Assembly (NCBI RefSeq): GCF_009914755.1
Contig: NC_060927.1
DNA length: 64,000 nucleotides
Direction: 5' to 3' (one strand)
Origin: the human T2T-CHM13v2.0 reference genome, Homo sapiens
Both the position numbers and the translations under genes were made by a program. Under the pieces are notes generated by a model. The model had not been told where the DNA came from, ran no database searches, and saw only the letters and a program-made list of their open reading frames with translations. This document shows positions 16,900 to 29,436 of this stretch, piece after piece (within the stretch, counting starts at the first letter, position 1; each line of letters starts with the position of its first letter).

Positions 16900-18650
16900 T
16901 TTCTTTCTGCAGAATCACTCTCATCAGGAAGAAAGCAGCCTCCATTATTTCCCATGTTAGAAATCCTTCTTTGGACCACATATTTCTCTTCCTTTACTGG
17001 CTCATTTGTCTGTTAAGTTTCTAAACTAGTTGCAAGTACTTAGTGTACTTCTTCCCCTCCCACACTCTCCTGAACCCCAACATTCTTATCCCAGTTAACA
17101 ATGACCTCCATCTTGCAAAATCAGTTAAATGTGTTTATGTGCTCATATTTCTCAAATGATTCACTGTTATATTTTCACAGTTGATTGTTACTTCTTCAAA
17201 ACTTCTCTCTAGGCTTCTGGGAAATCATACTTTCCTGGTTTGTTTTCTGACATATTAAGTGTTCCTTCCCAGTCTTGTGTGTTAACTCTTTTTTTCCAAC
17301 TTAAATGTTAGAATGGCCAAGAACTTGGTCTTATAGTTTTCTGTACTTACACATACTCCCTAGGTTGTGTCTTATACTTTTTCTCTTCTCTATACATATC
17401 TCACCCACTACTGTAGTTTTAAATATAATGTAAATATAGATGACTGGTAAAATCATATCTTAAGTCCCTATCTCTACACCAAGGTCCACACATATATCTA
17501 GCTGTTACTTAATGATTTTAATTTAAAATTTAAAATAGACACCTCAAGTTTAGCAGCAAAAACAAGGTTCTTTTTTACCTCCGTCTTAAGCCATTTCTTC
17601 CGTGCTTTTCCCAGTAAATGGCCCTAAGACAATATAAGAAAGAGACTTGGTCCTGGCAGACAAGAGACATGGTAACCAAAATCCCAATGGGCCTAACATG
17701 TCTGGACATATTCCCTCCCTTACCTTCTTGTCTCCCTGAAGAAACTGACCCACTTCACATAACAGAGGGTGGGGACCTTCCTAATTTAGCAGACCAGACC
17801 AAATTCCTAGCCATAAAAGGAAGAACTTAGCCATTTATCTCCTTTATTTATGTCTTCCAAGGTTGCTGAACCAGGACTCTAACATTCCTGATAAGAATCT
17901 GACCAGATACAGCTGGCTGGTGACAAGATGGACTCCTGTAGTTTTCAAAGACTTTTTCCTCATTAAAATCTCGATATAATACTAAAATCTCTTCCCAGAG
18001 TAGGGCTTACCTGCCATTTTGTGTACATGGGATGCCTGTTAGTATGTGAGGCCTCAACGTGCAGGCACAGGAAAAGCCCCACCCAGTCGTACCTGCGTTT
18101 TACGTTTTTCTGTCTCAGTTTCCTTGAAGTGACAGGAGCCAAGAGCCAAGGCACTCAGGGAGCTAGCATCAAGATCTCTTTCCTGTATGCTGTCCCTTCG
18201 TGCTATCTGAGACACAAGGATATTAAAACCTCACTGGAGAAAAACTTCTATTTGGCCTGGTGTTAATTTCTAGTTATCTAAGAGCCAAAGAAAGACCTTG
18301 AGCTCTAGGGTATGATAATAACACCCCAACCTATGCAAGTGCTCACACCAAAATCCAAGGAGTCATCTGTGATTCCTCTCTTTCCCTAAATCCCACATCC
18401 AACTCATCAGTAAGTCAAACTGGCTTCATATTGAGAGTATAACTTGCTCATTTCTCTCTGTCTGAACTCTATAGCATCTTAGTCCAGTTTACTCTTTCTC
18501 TTACTTGAACTTTGGCAATTGCCTCCTAGCTGGTATCCCTGTTTCTCCCCTTATCCATGTTCAACTCATTTTCCATTCAGCATGTCTGATAGCATAACTC
18601 TTCTTAAGACCTGCTGATACCTTGCCATTGTTTTTAAAATAAAATCTGTC
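16900..18650 (+). mobile_element. L2 element split by an LTR (about 16900-17630 and 18324-18650)
   Basis: atgacctccatcttgcaaaatc, atactttcctggttt, atatagatgactggtaaaatcatatct; resumes with ggagtcatctgtgattcctctctttccctaaatcccacatccaa. Confidence 0.65.
17633..18323 (+). mobile_element. ERV1-class solo LTR (MER4-group-like; family not assigned)
   Basis: About 690-bp block interrupting L2 and ending in ..aataaca. Contains aacattcctgataaga and an ATTAAA (ggatattaaaacc) followed by tttggcctggtgttaatttcta, a typical R/U5 layout. Confidence 0.55.
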
Positions 18651-19077
18651 TAAAAGAAACACAATTATTTCTTACATGAAACAAATGTGTATTTTTTGTG
18701 AAAGACTAGTGATTAAAGATAAAAATATGTATCTCATGCTATGTGTATGTATATGTATGTGTATGCATGTGTATACAGCACATGCATGTACAACACATCC
18801 ATATACGTACATATCCATAGAAAGTGATTGGGTAATTGAAAAAAGTCAATGATCAAGTAAGAAAATTTAGTTGATCTTCTGGTAATAAGTAATCATTTTT
18901 AATCAAAAATCAGTTGAGACATATAACACAAAAGAATGCAAAACTGTAAAATTTTAAGGTAATCTGAGACTTCTATGAAATTATGTGACTGGAATTAATT
19001 ATTTCAGGTTAAGTGCCCAGATTCTAGGAAAGGGACTTTCCCTTACCTCCCCCATTAAAGGGAATTAGATGGGAAAT

Positions 19078-19185
19078 ACACACACACACACACACACGCA
19101 CACACTGAACTCCTAGGCTTAAGCAGTTCTCCTGCCTCAGCCTCCAGAGTAGGTGGGGCTGCAGGCATGCACCACCACCTCCAGA
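19078..19185 (-). repeat. (CA)n microsatellite abutting a FLAM/Alu fragment
   Basis: (CA)n at about 19078-19104, then gaactcctaggcttaagcagttctcctgcctcagcctcc..gcaggcatgcaccacc. Confidence 0.75.
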
Positions 19186-20740
19186 TCTTAATGGTTTTAT
19201 TTTGAATCAACAATCAGCCCCAGATCAAGACTCTTCATGTTATACAGCAGGGGAGTGGAAAGGACACTTTAATTATATTACAAAGCTTTCAAAAGACAAT
19301 AAAATTCTTTAATTACTTATTATGTGTATGACACTTATAAACTATTGTCAAATTTATCAAAACAATCAAAACTTTCAGAAATTATAAGCTGTGAGAACCA
19401 TTACTCCCAAACAATCTGTGCTTTTTCTTCATAGCTATTCCTAGATCCTGGTGAGCCTAAGTCCTTTGTAATCTTCCTGAGTATGAGAATAACAGTACAT
19501 TATTTAGAGTTAATAAAGAAATCTCACCTTCCCAGGCATTTCATTTTGAAATCAGGATTGCACCCCAGTGTTTGTTTCATGACCACCAAATACACCAAAC
19601 ACTGGAAAATATTTCTGTACTACATCTCACACTGGGCTGTGGGCCCAAGACTTCCTATCATAAATGTTTCCACTGGCCTCTATAAGAAGGAAATGACTTT
19701 AACTTAAACTTTAACTAGCAAGAAAATGTTCAGAAACTGCTTAGACTCTCTCTCTCTTATGCTGGATAAAGCAAGCAAAACCCACCACATCTCTATATGG
19801 ATAAATCTCTCACCTTAAATTTTGCCATTGACTACTGAAGTAACGAGAAATGTTTCTCTTCTGACTAGCCTTCCCCATCTCAGATTCCTCATCCTCATGG
19901 GGACTGGGCCAACCCACCAGGAAGAAAAACCACTCTCACTCTTCTTGGTGCACAGAGTCATGGTGGAAGCACTGTGGGAAAGCAATCAAGACAGCAGAGT
20001 GAATTAATTTTCCACTGTCAGAATAAAGCTTCATAACTCACGGATGTGAAGAATTGACAAGGAAACCTGCAGTCACATCAGTTTGTACTCATCAGAGTCT
20101 CCTTATCCCTGGAAATAATATAAACTTCAAATCCAATCACAATCTGGCTCATTTCCTGTTGCTCAAAGAAACGTCTGTTCGCAACATTTTCATTTTAATG
20201 GCTTTAACATAAACGTCCACCTCACCATCATAAACTCATCCATTCAGATTTGGAAGATAGACTCTGTAACAATGGTGAAATAATCTAGAAGGATATTTTT
20301 ATAGTGTAAGAGGAAGCCTTGTGTGTGTGAGTGAGGGATGTGTGTGTGTGTGACAGACAGAGAGAAAATGGAAAAGGAAGGCAATGAAAGGAAAGGGAAA
20401 AGCAGGGAAGAGAAGCCTTCTACAAAACAAAAGAGTTTAGCATAGAAGAAAATTTTCTAGCTCTCCAAATGAAGACAGCAATAAATAAACTTCAAATCAA
20501 TAAATCCAAGGGTAACTTTGTGCCCCAAGGTTGATGTTAGCTCTATATCATTCTTTCAATATCACTCTATGACTCCTATCAGTAGTCAAGACATTCAGAA
20601 AAGAATGGAAGCAAATTTCCTGACTAAGAAACTCTCTCCCAGCTAGTGAATGTGCTGGCTTAAATAACTAATTGCCTAGAAGAAACATGTAGAATACAGA
20701 ATGATATTCTACATGGTTTTACTTGATGATCAATGATGAG

Positions 20741-21119
20741 AGTATTAGTCCATTCTCATGCTGCTATAAGGACATACACAGGACTGGGTAATTTATAAAG
20801 GAAAGAGGCTTAATTAAGTCACAGTTCTACAGGGCTGGGAAGGCCTCAGGAAACTTATTATACAATCATAGCAGAAGGAGAAGCAAACATGTCCTTCTTC
20901 ACAAGGCAGCAGGAAAGAGAAGAATAAGAGCTGATCAAAAGAGGAAGCCCCTTATAAAACTATCAGATCTAGTGAGAACTTACTATCAAGAGAATAGCAT
21001 GGGGAAAACCACCCCCATGATTCAATTACCTCCCACTAGGTCCCTCCCATAACACGTGGAGATTATGGGAACTAAATTTGAAGGTGAGATTTGGGTGGGG
21101 ACACAGTCAAACCATATCA
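20741..21119 (-). mobile_element. THE1C/D solo LTR
   Basis: gtattagtccattctcatgctgctataag ... gatttgggtggggacacagtcaaaccatatca. 5-bp TSD atgag/gtgag. Confidence 0.9.
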
Positions 21120-21250
21120 GTGAGCTATTGATTTTTTTTGTTTGTTTTTACTATATTTTTCTTGTGACTAAAGAAAAGTATTAGTAAAATTAATGGCAGA
21201 ATGCTTGCATAAAATATGCAGTGCTAAGTTTTGATAAAGATGATGTTTTG

Positions 21251-21604
<354 letters not shown>

Positions 21605-24520
21605 TCAAGAATATAAAGTTCAAATCATTTACTTTAATTATACAGTATAAATAGCTAAGGGTCTGGGAACAAATATTATTGTCATGTTTTACTTTCCATG
21701 AAGCCTAGTAAATTATTCATTTGGGATTACATTTAAAGTGAATGGATTGTAATTCTTCTATTTATGAGGTAGTAATCACATAGGTATAAGCATATTTTAG
21801 TGTAGCTTTTTTTTAACTCAACTACCTCCATCTGTACCATGGTGTGCAAGCTGTACTTTTTCTAAATTGCTTACTCTGAGATAGCCAAAATAATATGCAT
21901 AGTGTATCTATAGTTGGTGCTTTCTAAAAAAAGGCAAATATAATCATTTAGAAGATATTTTTGCAGGGATAAAGGATTGAAAGTGTGCGGCAAGCAAGTG
22001 GCAACACTGTTCACTGAGTTATCATGGCTATGTGCACATGTTACCTGAATCTTCCAAATGAACAGACAACCTGATCAGTTCATTGAGCTGCTTCTTGAGA
22101 TCACACAGTTAATTCTCAATAATTCAGGTTTCATAGATTATCATAATAATATTGGCATATGTTAGTGTGACAAATGCAAATCATCTGTTTATTCAGATTC
22201 TGTACAGGATTCAGCTACAATATGAGCCTAAGCTAAATTTGATGTACCTTTGAGAATAAAATATTTTAAGAAACTTAAGTTTATTTCAGGTTGATTTTAT
22301 CCCAGCCTTTCCTTTCAACAGAAATGCACTCTAGACATATACTTTACAATTTTGTTTGATCTTTGTTGGACGCGCAGTAGTAAAATACAATATGGAAAGG
22401 AGAAAAAAATAAACATTTTCATAAAGTCATGCTGACATTACAACAATTTTATAGAAACACAGGCACGTTGGTATGTAAGCTCCAATTTGGAAAAGTTGAG
22501 TGAACTTGAAGATGGATGAATCCTGTTCCCAATTGCACCTTAAAAGTTGTCACTAAACAAAAAACAGATGTTTTGTTTCGGCTCCATTCAAAACACTTAC
22601 AAATTCTTTATAAATAAAGTTTGTTTGAGGATCCTGAAGAAAACAATCATGTTTTAGTTAAATCCTACATATTTGTGTGATTTTTATTAATGTTAACAAG
22701 GCCATATATAAGAAGCACATATGAATTATAAGAGGAGCAACATAGGTATATGTGAGAAGAGAATGTCGAGGGACGTTACAGGTCTCAGAATCAAGTTAAT
22801 CTTAACTTTTTTAAGTCATAAAACCTTTCCAGCTAATGCCCTTCCTCCATCTTTTGCTCAACACTGTTAAAAAGTGTGGGGAAACAGCTGCCTTGTATGG
22901 TTTTAAAGGTAACAGAATTACTAGTATCTCACAAACTGTGAAGAGATGTGTAGTAATGTGTAAGCAACGTCTTGATTGGTTAATCCTTTTTTGGATAGAT
23001 TCAGCCTCCTTTAAAAGCGAGCTTGAAAGGAAAGTTGAGGCCATATAGATTTCATCAGGTTGTTAGATACACATTAATACATCCCTCATGCAAAGAGTAA
23101 ACTTTGCATTAAGGAACACAAACATTAGCTGTCCCATATTTCGATGTAACAATTTCTTCCCTACACACTCATAGCTCAACAAAAGTTCATAATTATCCAC
23201 AACAATGAGATTGTAGAGTGAACCACATTTTTAAGGGCCTAAGTGCCTGTGGAACTGTCATTTTAAGTTTTGGAAACAGTTTGATGAAAAGAAAAACTAA
23301 ATAAAAATTTCTGAGCACTTTCAAATAGAAACAAAAATCATACTACTTTAGAATTCCCCAATGAAACCAATTTGGTACCTAGTGGAGTAACATTTACACA
23401 TATTTATACACAGTTAACTTCTCATCCTATTTACTTGCACTTTGGGGGACAGGAGAGGGGAGAGGGTGTGGGAAGCTATTGCTTTATTTATCTTAACACC
23501 TATTTGCCAAGGATACCAGGCAACAGAATTAATACAAAGAGAAAGTAAATCTACCAGGGCCCCACCCTGGTGATTTAAGGGCAGTAAAGTCATTATTCAA
23601 GGCTAATTATGAATGTATGTGATTTTTGTCTCATGTCTTTACTTTAGAATCTAACTTTCTCATCAAATGTAAACTCATTGTATTATGTATTTTTCTTAAA
23701 GTGTTCAGATAGAGTTCTTACTGCTTACATTTAACCTCTCATCTCAGCTGACAGAAATTATTTCTGACGAATTGCTTTCTGTCAGACTTAGGGAACAGCA
23801 ACTCCTTAAGCAAAGTCTCAAGTTAAAGAAGCCCCTCATGTTTTAAGTTTGTAACGGAATGTTTTAACTATGGAAACTCCTTTGTCAGACTCTTGGAGAG
23901 CCTTTGTTCCCTCAGTTTTTGGGATTCACATTGAATATAAAAGAAAATAAGTCTAATTTTCCATTTCAAGAGATGCAGGGAGTGCAATCTCCCAATATGC
24001 AGCAGGGGTGGAGGGAAAAAATTCCGCTCAAATTCCTTCATCTGCTGTTGTTCACCTTGGTTTTCCTTATGCATGTATATTTATTTGCTGACCAAGGAAA
24101 AATGTTCCATTGCTTTCATTTCCAAAATGCTTACCATTCTGAGGCTGTATGAAGAGGAATCTTACACAAGATTTAGGACAAAATGTAGAGCATTATATTA
24201 CTAGTGCAGTCAGAAAATACTTTAGAATCTAATATTAGGCGTCTTTAATTTAAACCCATCAAATATATTCACCTGTAGGGAACTTTTACTCCTTATTTTT
24301 TATATGTGATTTCTAGAATCCCATCCTCCATTCCTCTGCTTTGTATCTGCTCCTTCAAACCTTAACATCTTTCCTGATCTCCTACACAAGATATTTTTGC
24401 TAAATCTTTGTATCACTCTTGACTTCTCCAGCCATTTTCTGAGGTCTAATGAGCCAGAGAAGAGAGAGGAGAGAGAACGATACTCCCATAACCACTGTGG
24501 TCTATCAAGATTTGGGACTA

Positions 24521-24880
24521 TTAAAAAAGAATAAGATCATGTCCTTTGAGCAACATGGATGCATCTTGGGGCCACTATCCTAAGCCAATTAACACAGGAA
24601 CAGAAAACCAAATACCACATGTTCTCATTTATAAGTGGGAGCTAAGCATTTGGGTGCACATGGACATAAACATGGGAACAATAGACACTGGGGACTACTA
24701 GACAAGGGAAGGATGGGATAGGGCATGGACTGAAAAACTACTTATTGTGTACCTATGCTCACTACCTGGATGACAGGATCATTTATACCCTAAACCTCAG
24801 CATCACACAATATACCCTTGTAATAAACCTGCATGTGTACTCCCTGAATCTAAAATAAAAGTTGAAATTATTTTAAAAAG
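24521..24880 (+). mobile_element. 5'-truncated L1 3' end (L1PA13-16/L1PB-like)
   Basis: gatcatgtccttt..cagaaaaccaaataccacatgttctca..aaacctcagcatcacacaatatacc..ctgaatctaaaataaaagttgaaa. TSD aagatttggg(a/t)cta. Confidence 0.88.
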
Positions 24881-24889
24881 AAGATTTGG

Positions 24890-25203
24890 GGCCAGGCACA
24901 GTGGCCCATGCCTGTAATCCTAACACTTTGAAGGCCAAGGTGGGTGGACCACCTGAGATCAGGAGTTCGAGACCAGCCTGGACAACATAGTGAAACAACA
25001 TCTCTACTAAAAATAAAAAATTATCCGGGTGTGGTGGTGGGTACCTGTAATTCCAGCTACTCAGGAGGCTGAGGCAGGAGACTCGCTTGAACACGGGAGG
25101 CGGAGGTTGCAGTGAGCCAAGATCACACCATTGGACTCCAGCCTGGGCAACAAGAGTAAGACAACATCTCAAAAAAAATAATTAATTAATTAAATAATTA
25201 ATT
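24890..25203 (+). mobile_element. AluS (Sq/Sp-like) with tail decayed to (AATT)n
   Basis: cacctgagatcaggagttcgag and gggcaacaagag diagnostics. TSD aagatttggg at 24881-24890 and 25204-25213. Confidence 0.9.
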
Positions 25204-25943
25204 AAGATTTGGGTCTAAACAGAGATTTTCTTTTCCTAAGTATAATTCAGATGTCTGCAGGGGCTAAACAAAAAACATAAATTCATGGATTAGACATCAG
25301 TGAACTTGTGTTTCCCATTTTTTAGGAAAATCCAAAATTCCATAATGTTCTTTGAAATCTCACAGTGTATAAATATTGGAAATCAACCTTTTAAATATTA
25401 TAAAACACTGTACAAAGCAAATATAATACATTTCCAAGTTATCGCTAGCCTATAGGATACTGTTTAAGGGAGAAAAGCTGTTCACTGTTATCATGAGTTA
25501 TGTGCACGTTAGATGATTTTTCCTAATGAACACAAGACAACCTACTTTAATTATTACTTTAATTATATATGACAGTATAGATGGCTAACAGGTTTCAAGA
25601 CCTCTCTCATAAATATACAATTTTATCCTCCTAGTTATGCTATTTATAGACCTCTGTTTCTAATCCTCCAGAAGGAAGATGCATTAGGCTCTCAGCATTT
25701 GCTCTATACAGAGTTTTTGACTAGAAAATCAATTTAAAGTAGAAATGTAAAAGGGAAATACATTTAATTTGTCTTTCCCTAAATCCTCCAATCTTCTGGG
25801 TTCATTTCTATAAATTTCTAAATTAAATAAGTCAGATCTATGTTCCATATACTGAGGGACACTCTGAATTCTAAGATTTTTTCATGATTCCCCCAGGAGA
25901 TTACAGTCCTTTGAAATACAACTGCTGACAGCTGCTGTACTCC

Positions 25944-27716
25944 TTTTGATCACTACTCCCCACACAAAGCCTTATCCTTTATTCTCCAAAGAACCGATAA
26001 TGCAAGACCATTGCATGTAATACTCAATGTTTAAGATTAAATGAGAAAGGACTCAGTATGTTCAAAATAGGAAAGAAGTCTAAAAGATTATTAGACATTA
26101 TTTTTCTTAGGATTCTTCTACCGTCCATGCCCCTATCCCCTGTCTGACATCATTTCTTGGCTTACTTGCATACTGTCTCTAAGCAGATATGTCTACCATC
26201 TTTTTTACTAATCCAGTTGCAGGTATCCTATCCAGTTTTTCTTTCTCTCTGTTTCTTTGCTTTGTTTTGTCTGTTTCGTAATTTGCTTGCCTTCTATTAA
26301 AAGAAGCCAATATTGTATTAAATTCAACAACCTTCACTTACTAAGTGCATAAGTGTCCAAATTATTTAATTCTTAACTTATTAAATGGAGATAAAATATC
26401 TATTAACAGAGCTGTGGTTGTGAAGATTAGATATACAATGTGGACAAAACATCTCATATAGTGTCCAACACATGGAGCATACTCAAGAAATTGTCTTTCC
26501 CCCACACTACGCTTTGCCTGCTTCTCTGCAACCTTTAATCCTCATTTCTTCTCCCTACATTTCTGTTTAGTCCAAAGTGAAGCAATTTCCTCTTGGTCAC
26601 CTCTGGTCACCAATGATGTAAATTCTATCATATTTTGCTTCCAAGCTTTATTTTAAAGTTGAAGACACACTTCTGATGTCAATAAATGGCTTCCTGACTA
26701 TTTCCTGAATAAGAATTACACCTTTCTGAGAATAATGCTGTAATTAAGTCTGTGGAGTTTCCCTCTTTCCATCCAGGATTAACCAACTTTCCTGGGGTTA
26801 ACTCCTGAAACCCTGCAAACCCTAAGCAGCTATTAGCTCTTTTTGTAATAATTTATTCTTCCTATAATCCATTGCAGTTCTTTCATTCCTCCAAACGTTT
26901 CTACCTCACTTCTCATCTCAGACCCTGGCCTTTATTGCAAGTTAGAAGATAATTACTTTGGCTGGTTTTCCTTCTCTCCAGTTTACCACTTCTGATGTTA
27001 CCATTTAAAACTTTCATTATTTTACATGTAAAAGAATGTACATGTAACTATTTTAATCACTATTCTCCACACAAGGCTTGTTATGGTTTGGCTGTGTCCT
27101 CACCCAAATCTCATCTTGAATTGTAGCTCCCACAATTCTCATGTGTTGTGGGAGAGACCAGTGGGAGATAATTGATCGTGGGGGCAGCTTCCCCCATACT
27201 ATTCTCGCAGTAGTGAATAAGCCTCATGAGATGCAATCTGATGGTTTTATAAGGGGAAACCCCTTTCACTTGGTTCTCATTCTCTCTTGCTTTCCGCCAC
27301 GTAAGATATACCTTTCACTTTCCAACATGATTGTGAGGCCTCCCCAGCCACGTGGAACTGTGAGCCTGTTAAACCTCTTTTTCTTTATAAATTACCCAGT
27401 CTCGGGTATGTCTTTATCAGCAGTGTGAAAATGGACTCATACAAGGGCTTTTCCTTTATTCTCCAAACAACAGATAATGCAAGGCCATTGCATGTAACAG
27501 ATATTCGATGTTTAAGATTAAATGAGGGAGAACTCAGTATATCCAAAATAGGAAAGAGGTCTAAAAAGAATGTTAGACATTAATTTTCTTAAGATTCTTC
27601 TATGTCCCTGCACCCTATCTGACATCATTTCTTGGCTCACTCACATGCTGTCTGTAAGCAGATATGTCACCATCTTTTTTACTAATCCAGTTCCAGGTAT
27701 CCAGTTCCAGGTTTTC
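25944..27716 (+). repeat. About 290-bp direct local duplication (25944-26241 and 27051-27716, the latter split by a THE1 LTR)
   Basis: Long shared blocks such as atgtttaagattaaatgag, tctgacatcatttcttggct and accatcttttttactaatccagtt. About 10% substitutions plus a few indels by eye. Confidence 0.92.
27079..27443 (+). mobile_element. THE1B/C solo LTR
   Basis: tgttatggtttggctgtgtcc ... gtatgtctttatcagcagtgtgaaaatggactcataca. Approximate TSD aggct/agggc. Confidence 0.92.
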
Positions 27717-29366
27717 TGTGACAAAACCCATAGCGAATAGTATCTACAATAATTTAAGAAAGATGTTTTTGCCATGAGAATACTTTAATAATTTTGTTTC
27801 CCATGACAAACAAAATCCCCACAAAAACTCAACAAGGCCAAAATAGTACAAGGTTTTAAACAACTGGATTTTTTTGGTAATAATTCAAATGAGCTGGACT
27901 TTTGAAGCTCAGCAGCATGCACCTGCAGATTAAAGAAACACGATGATGTCATTGTTTAATGTAGCTAAATAACTAAATGCCGTGATACTCACTCTGTTTG
28001 GGAGTAAACGTGAAACAGTTGTTGCTTTGGATTTTTTAACTGGATCATGATGCTGTACATAGGAGTGTTTTGTAAGGAAGAGGAATGTAAAGTCTCTGGT
28101 ATAGAAACACAGACTAGAATGATATAGATTTAAATATTAAATTATCCCAGTTTCCAGATATTAATAAATTTGGCACTGAGAATCACTATGGAATCCCAAA
28201 TTCATGTGAGATGTCAACAGATCATGAATACAACATCACCACATGACTCCTCTGGAATGTTTTCAAGATTGATCATACACTTTTCTGTCCTTAGTATATT
28301 ACAGATGGGCAGAATATGTGAAACCCAATTTTCTCTACCAGATTTAAGAAGTAACTGGTACTCAGGATTTCTGACTTTCCCACACATAGGAGAGTTGCCC
28401 TATAGCTTGATGCTGTGACTGTTCCTAAGAGGATATTGACCTAGAGTTCCATGTAAGTCAAGAGAGACCTTTGCAGAAGGGTGTTAAGGAAAAACAGTTT
28501 AAAAAAATATTTTTTCTTCCAGCTGCTGAAATTGTATAAAATTCAATAATCCCCATTAAAGAAAACAGCTCTTCCAAACTGCTGTTCATCAGTGAAGGTT
28601 AATATTAGTAACGATAATCTTTCTTACCATTTACTATACTTCGACTTGGCGAGTGAACACAGGCTAAGAAGGGAATGGCCACAATGGTTTACTTCCCTAT
28701 GTACCTCAGAAAATACAAGCTTTTTGAAATACAAAATGTAACATTTGAATTTGGAAGTAAAATAAACAACAAAAAAGCAGAACTATAAAGTATTATATAA
28801 TATAAAAGGAAAGGACAGTGCTGGCCCAGATGCCCAAAATATTCTCCTTCTTTCTACCTGAACTGTCACTTCCATTTGTGCACTTTATAAAATTCCACTT
28901 TATTTGCACTAATGAACATTTCATTTCCAATAGATGAGTCTTTAATAGCTTCTCTTTAGAACACATGCACATGCTAAGTTTAGGGCTGGCTTGGACATTG
29001 CTTTCATTTATAATAGATAAAAGTTAGTATAAAAGTAACCAGAAGGTTTTGGTCAACTGTAAGTATTACATGAACTAAAATTTTCAAAAAAGTTTGTTAA
29101 AAATTTAAGTAGTCTTTAATTAAAACAGCAATATCAGAAAAATACCTTTTTGTTATCTGCAAAGAAGGCCACACTTGAATATTAAATTAAGTTGTAATCA
29201 TCATGAGTTTATGTCTTGCAGTTCTAATGATTTTCAAAAATTATTTTCTATTTTACATTCATCTTAAACATGTTTCTTGCTAAACACATCTTCCTACACA
29301 CCCTAACAACATTTTTCATCATCTATTCTGGAGGTTTCAACCTGGAGTGCCCCAGAGGCCTAGGTA

Positions 29367-29436
29367 TTAAGTTCTACTGTATGAAATTGCCATTTTTCTA
29401 GTTCAAACATGGTCAAACATCAACAATTTTCTATGG
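29367..29436. mobile_element. MADE2 mariner-derived MITE remnant
   Basis: tatgaaattgccatttttctagttcaaacatggtcaaacatcaacaattttctatgg matches the remembered MADE2 inverted-repeat structure. Confidence 0.65.

Noticed and set aside
20042-20262. Two minus-strand exon-like units (20108-20042 and about 20263-20226)
   Set aside because: All reading frames are closed and nothing else supports them.
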